Positions 63,601 through 64,000 of a DNA stretch of 64,000 nucleotides are shown here, in pieces. Below the pieces are notes generated by a model. The model was given only the letters and a program-made list of their open reading frames with translations, searched no databases and was not told where the DNA came from. This DNA comes from a phage. Numbering within the stretch: the first letter of the stretch is position 1; each line of letters starts with the position of its first letter. The stretch is taken from NCBI GenBank assembly GCA_017822615.1, contig GCA_017822615.1_4530.1; one strand, written 5' to 3'. The translations under genes and the position numbers were made by a program.

Positions 63601-63828
63601 GTTTTACATACAGAAGAGGAAGCGCCACCCCACGGCGTAAAGGCGGGGCTAACATACCAGGGGGCACTGGTTGGAAGGTTGATCGCCGGTAGGCTGGGTG
63701 CTATATATTTGTAAAGAAATGCAAAGATAAAATAATCGCTTGCTTTCCTGGCTGGATCTGTTATTCTTATTACATGGCGAGGGGACACGGGAGCGCGAGA
63801 CAAACACCGCCCCTGCGCGTCATTCTCT

Positions 63829-63944
63829 AAATGAGAATGATTGTCATTTACCTTATTAAATAAGAATCAATCTCATTTATAAACTTAAATGCGAATCATT
63901 ATCATTTGCATTTCCATATGAGAACTCTTCTCATTTTCACCTGC
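63829..63944. repeat. four tandem 29-bp iterons, each an imperfect dyad (ATGAGAA...TTCTCAT)
   Basis: Repeat units start at 63829, 63858, 63887, 63916 with consensus aAtgaGAAtcatTcTCATTT; followed by AT-rich tract 63945-64000. Confidence 0.6.
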
Positions 63945-64000
63945 ATAAAAATTTTTGTAAACTTTAAATTTTGCTTTTGTACTTTCATTTTTGTAAAAGC

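Noticed and set aside
52174-63944. Calling the AT-rich dyads genuine host Fur boxes
   Set aside because: Similarity to the Fur consensus is partial (about 13-15 of 19 positions) and the 29-bp periodic arrangement fits iterons at least as well; kept as Fur-box-like pending a weight-matrix scan.

Overview
This window reads as part of a T4-like lytic phage genome, judged from proteins closely resembling T4 lysozyme e, RNase H, gp30 DNA ligase and RnlA; no tools were run, so all calls rest on reading the sequence and the supplied ORF track. Layout: (1) 1-34707, a plus-strand block of nucleotide-metabolism and nucleic-acid repair genes (RNA-repair cassette, DNA ligase, RdgC-like, RNase H, DnaQ-like exonuclease, HNH endonuclease, thyX, nrdA/nrdB, rmlBACD, glutaredoxin, lysozyme, phoH, HslV-like peptidase, two small methyltransferase-like genes, Ser/Thr phosphatase, SLOG/DprA-like protein, Zn-less Sir2) with sigma70-type promoters and UUCG-tetraloop terminators; (2) 34777-51834, a minus-strand block of about 55 small unknown genes including a 7-member paralog family and a serine recombinase; (3) 51835-53377, a gene-poor hub with strand-skewed low-complexity sequence and Fur-box-like palindromes; (4) 53378-63194, a minus-strand block of about 30 small genes, most behind their own TTGACA-type promoter followed by a conserved GC-rich 5' hairpin; (5) 63200-64000, a small plus-strand gene, a promoter and four 29-bp iterons next to an AT-rich tract (candidate replication origin). 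No rRNA, tRNA or CRISPR array was recognised. The most interesting candidates are the repeated promoter-hairpin cassettes, the iteron/origin-like hub, the Sir2 + SLOG + nucleotidyltransferase group, the HslV-like peptidase, the expanded paralog family, and three genes with translation anomalies (RNase H without a canonical start, a +1 frameshifted HAD nucleotidase, a -1 shifted paralog).
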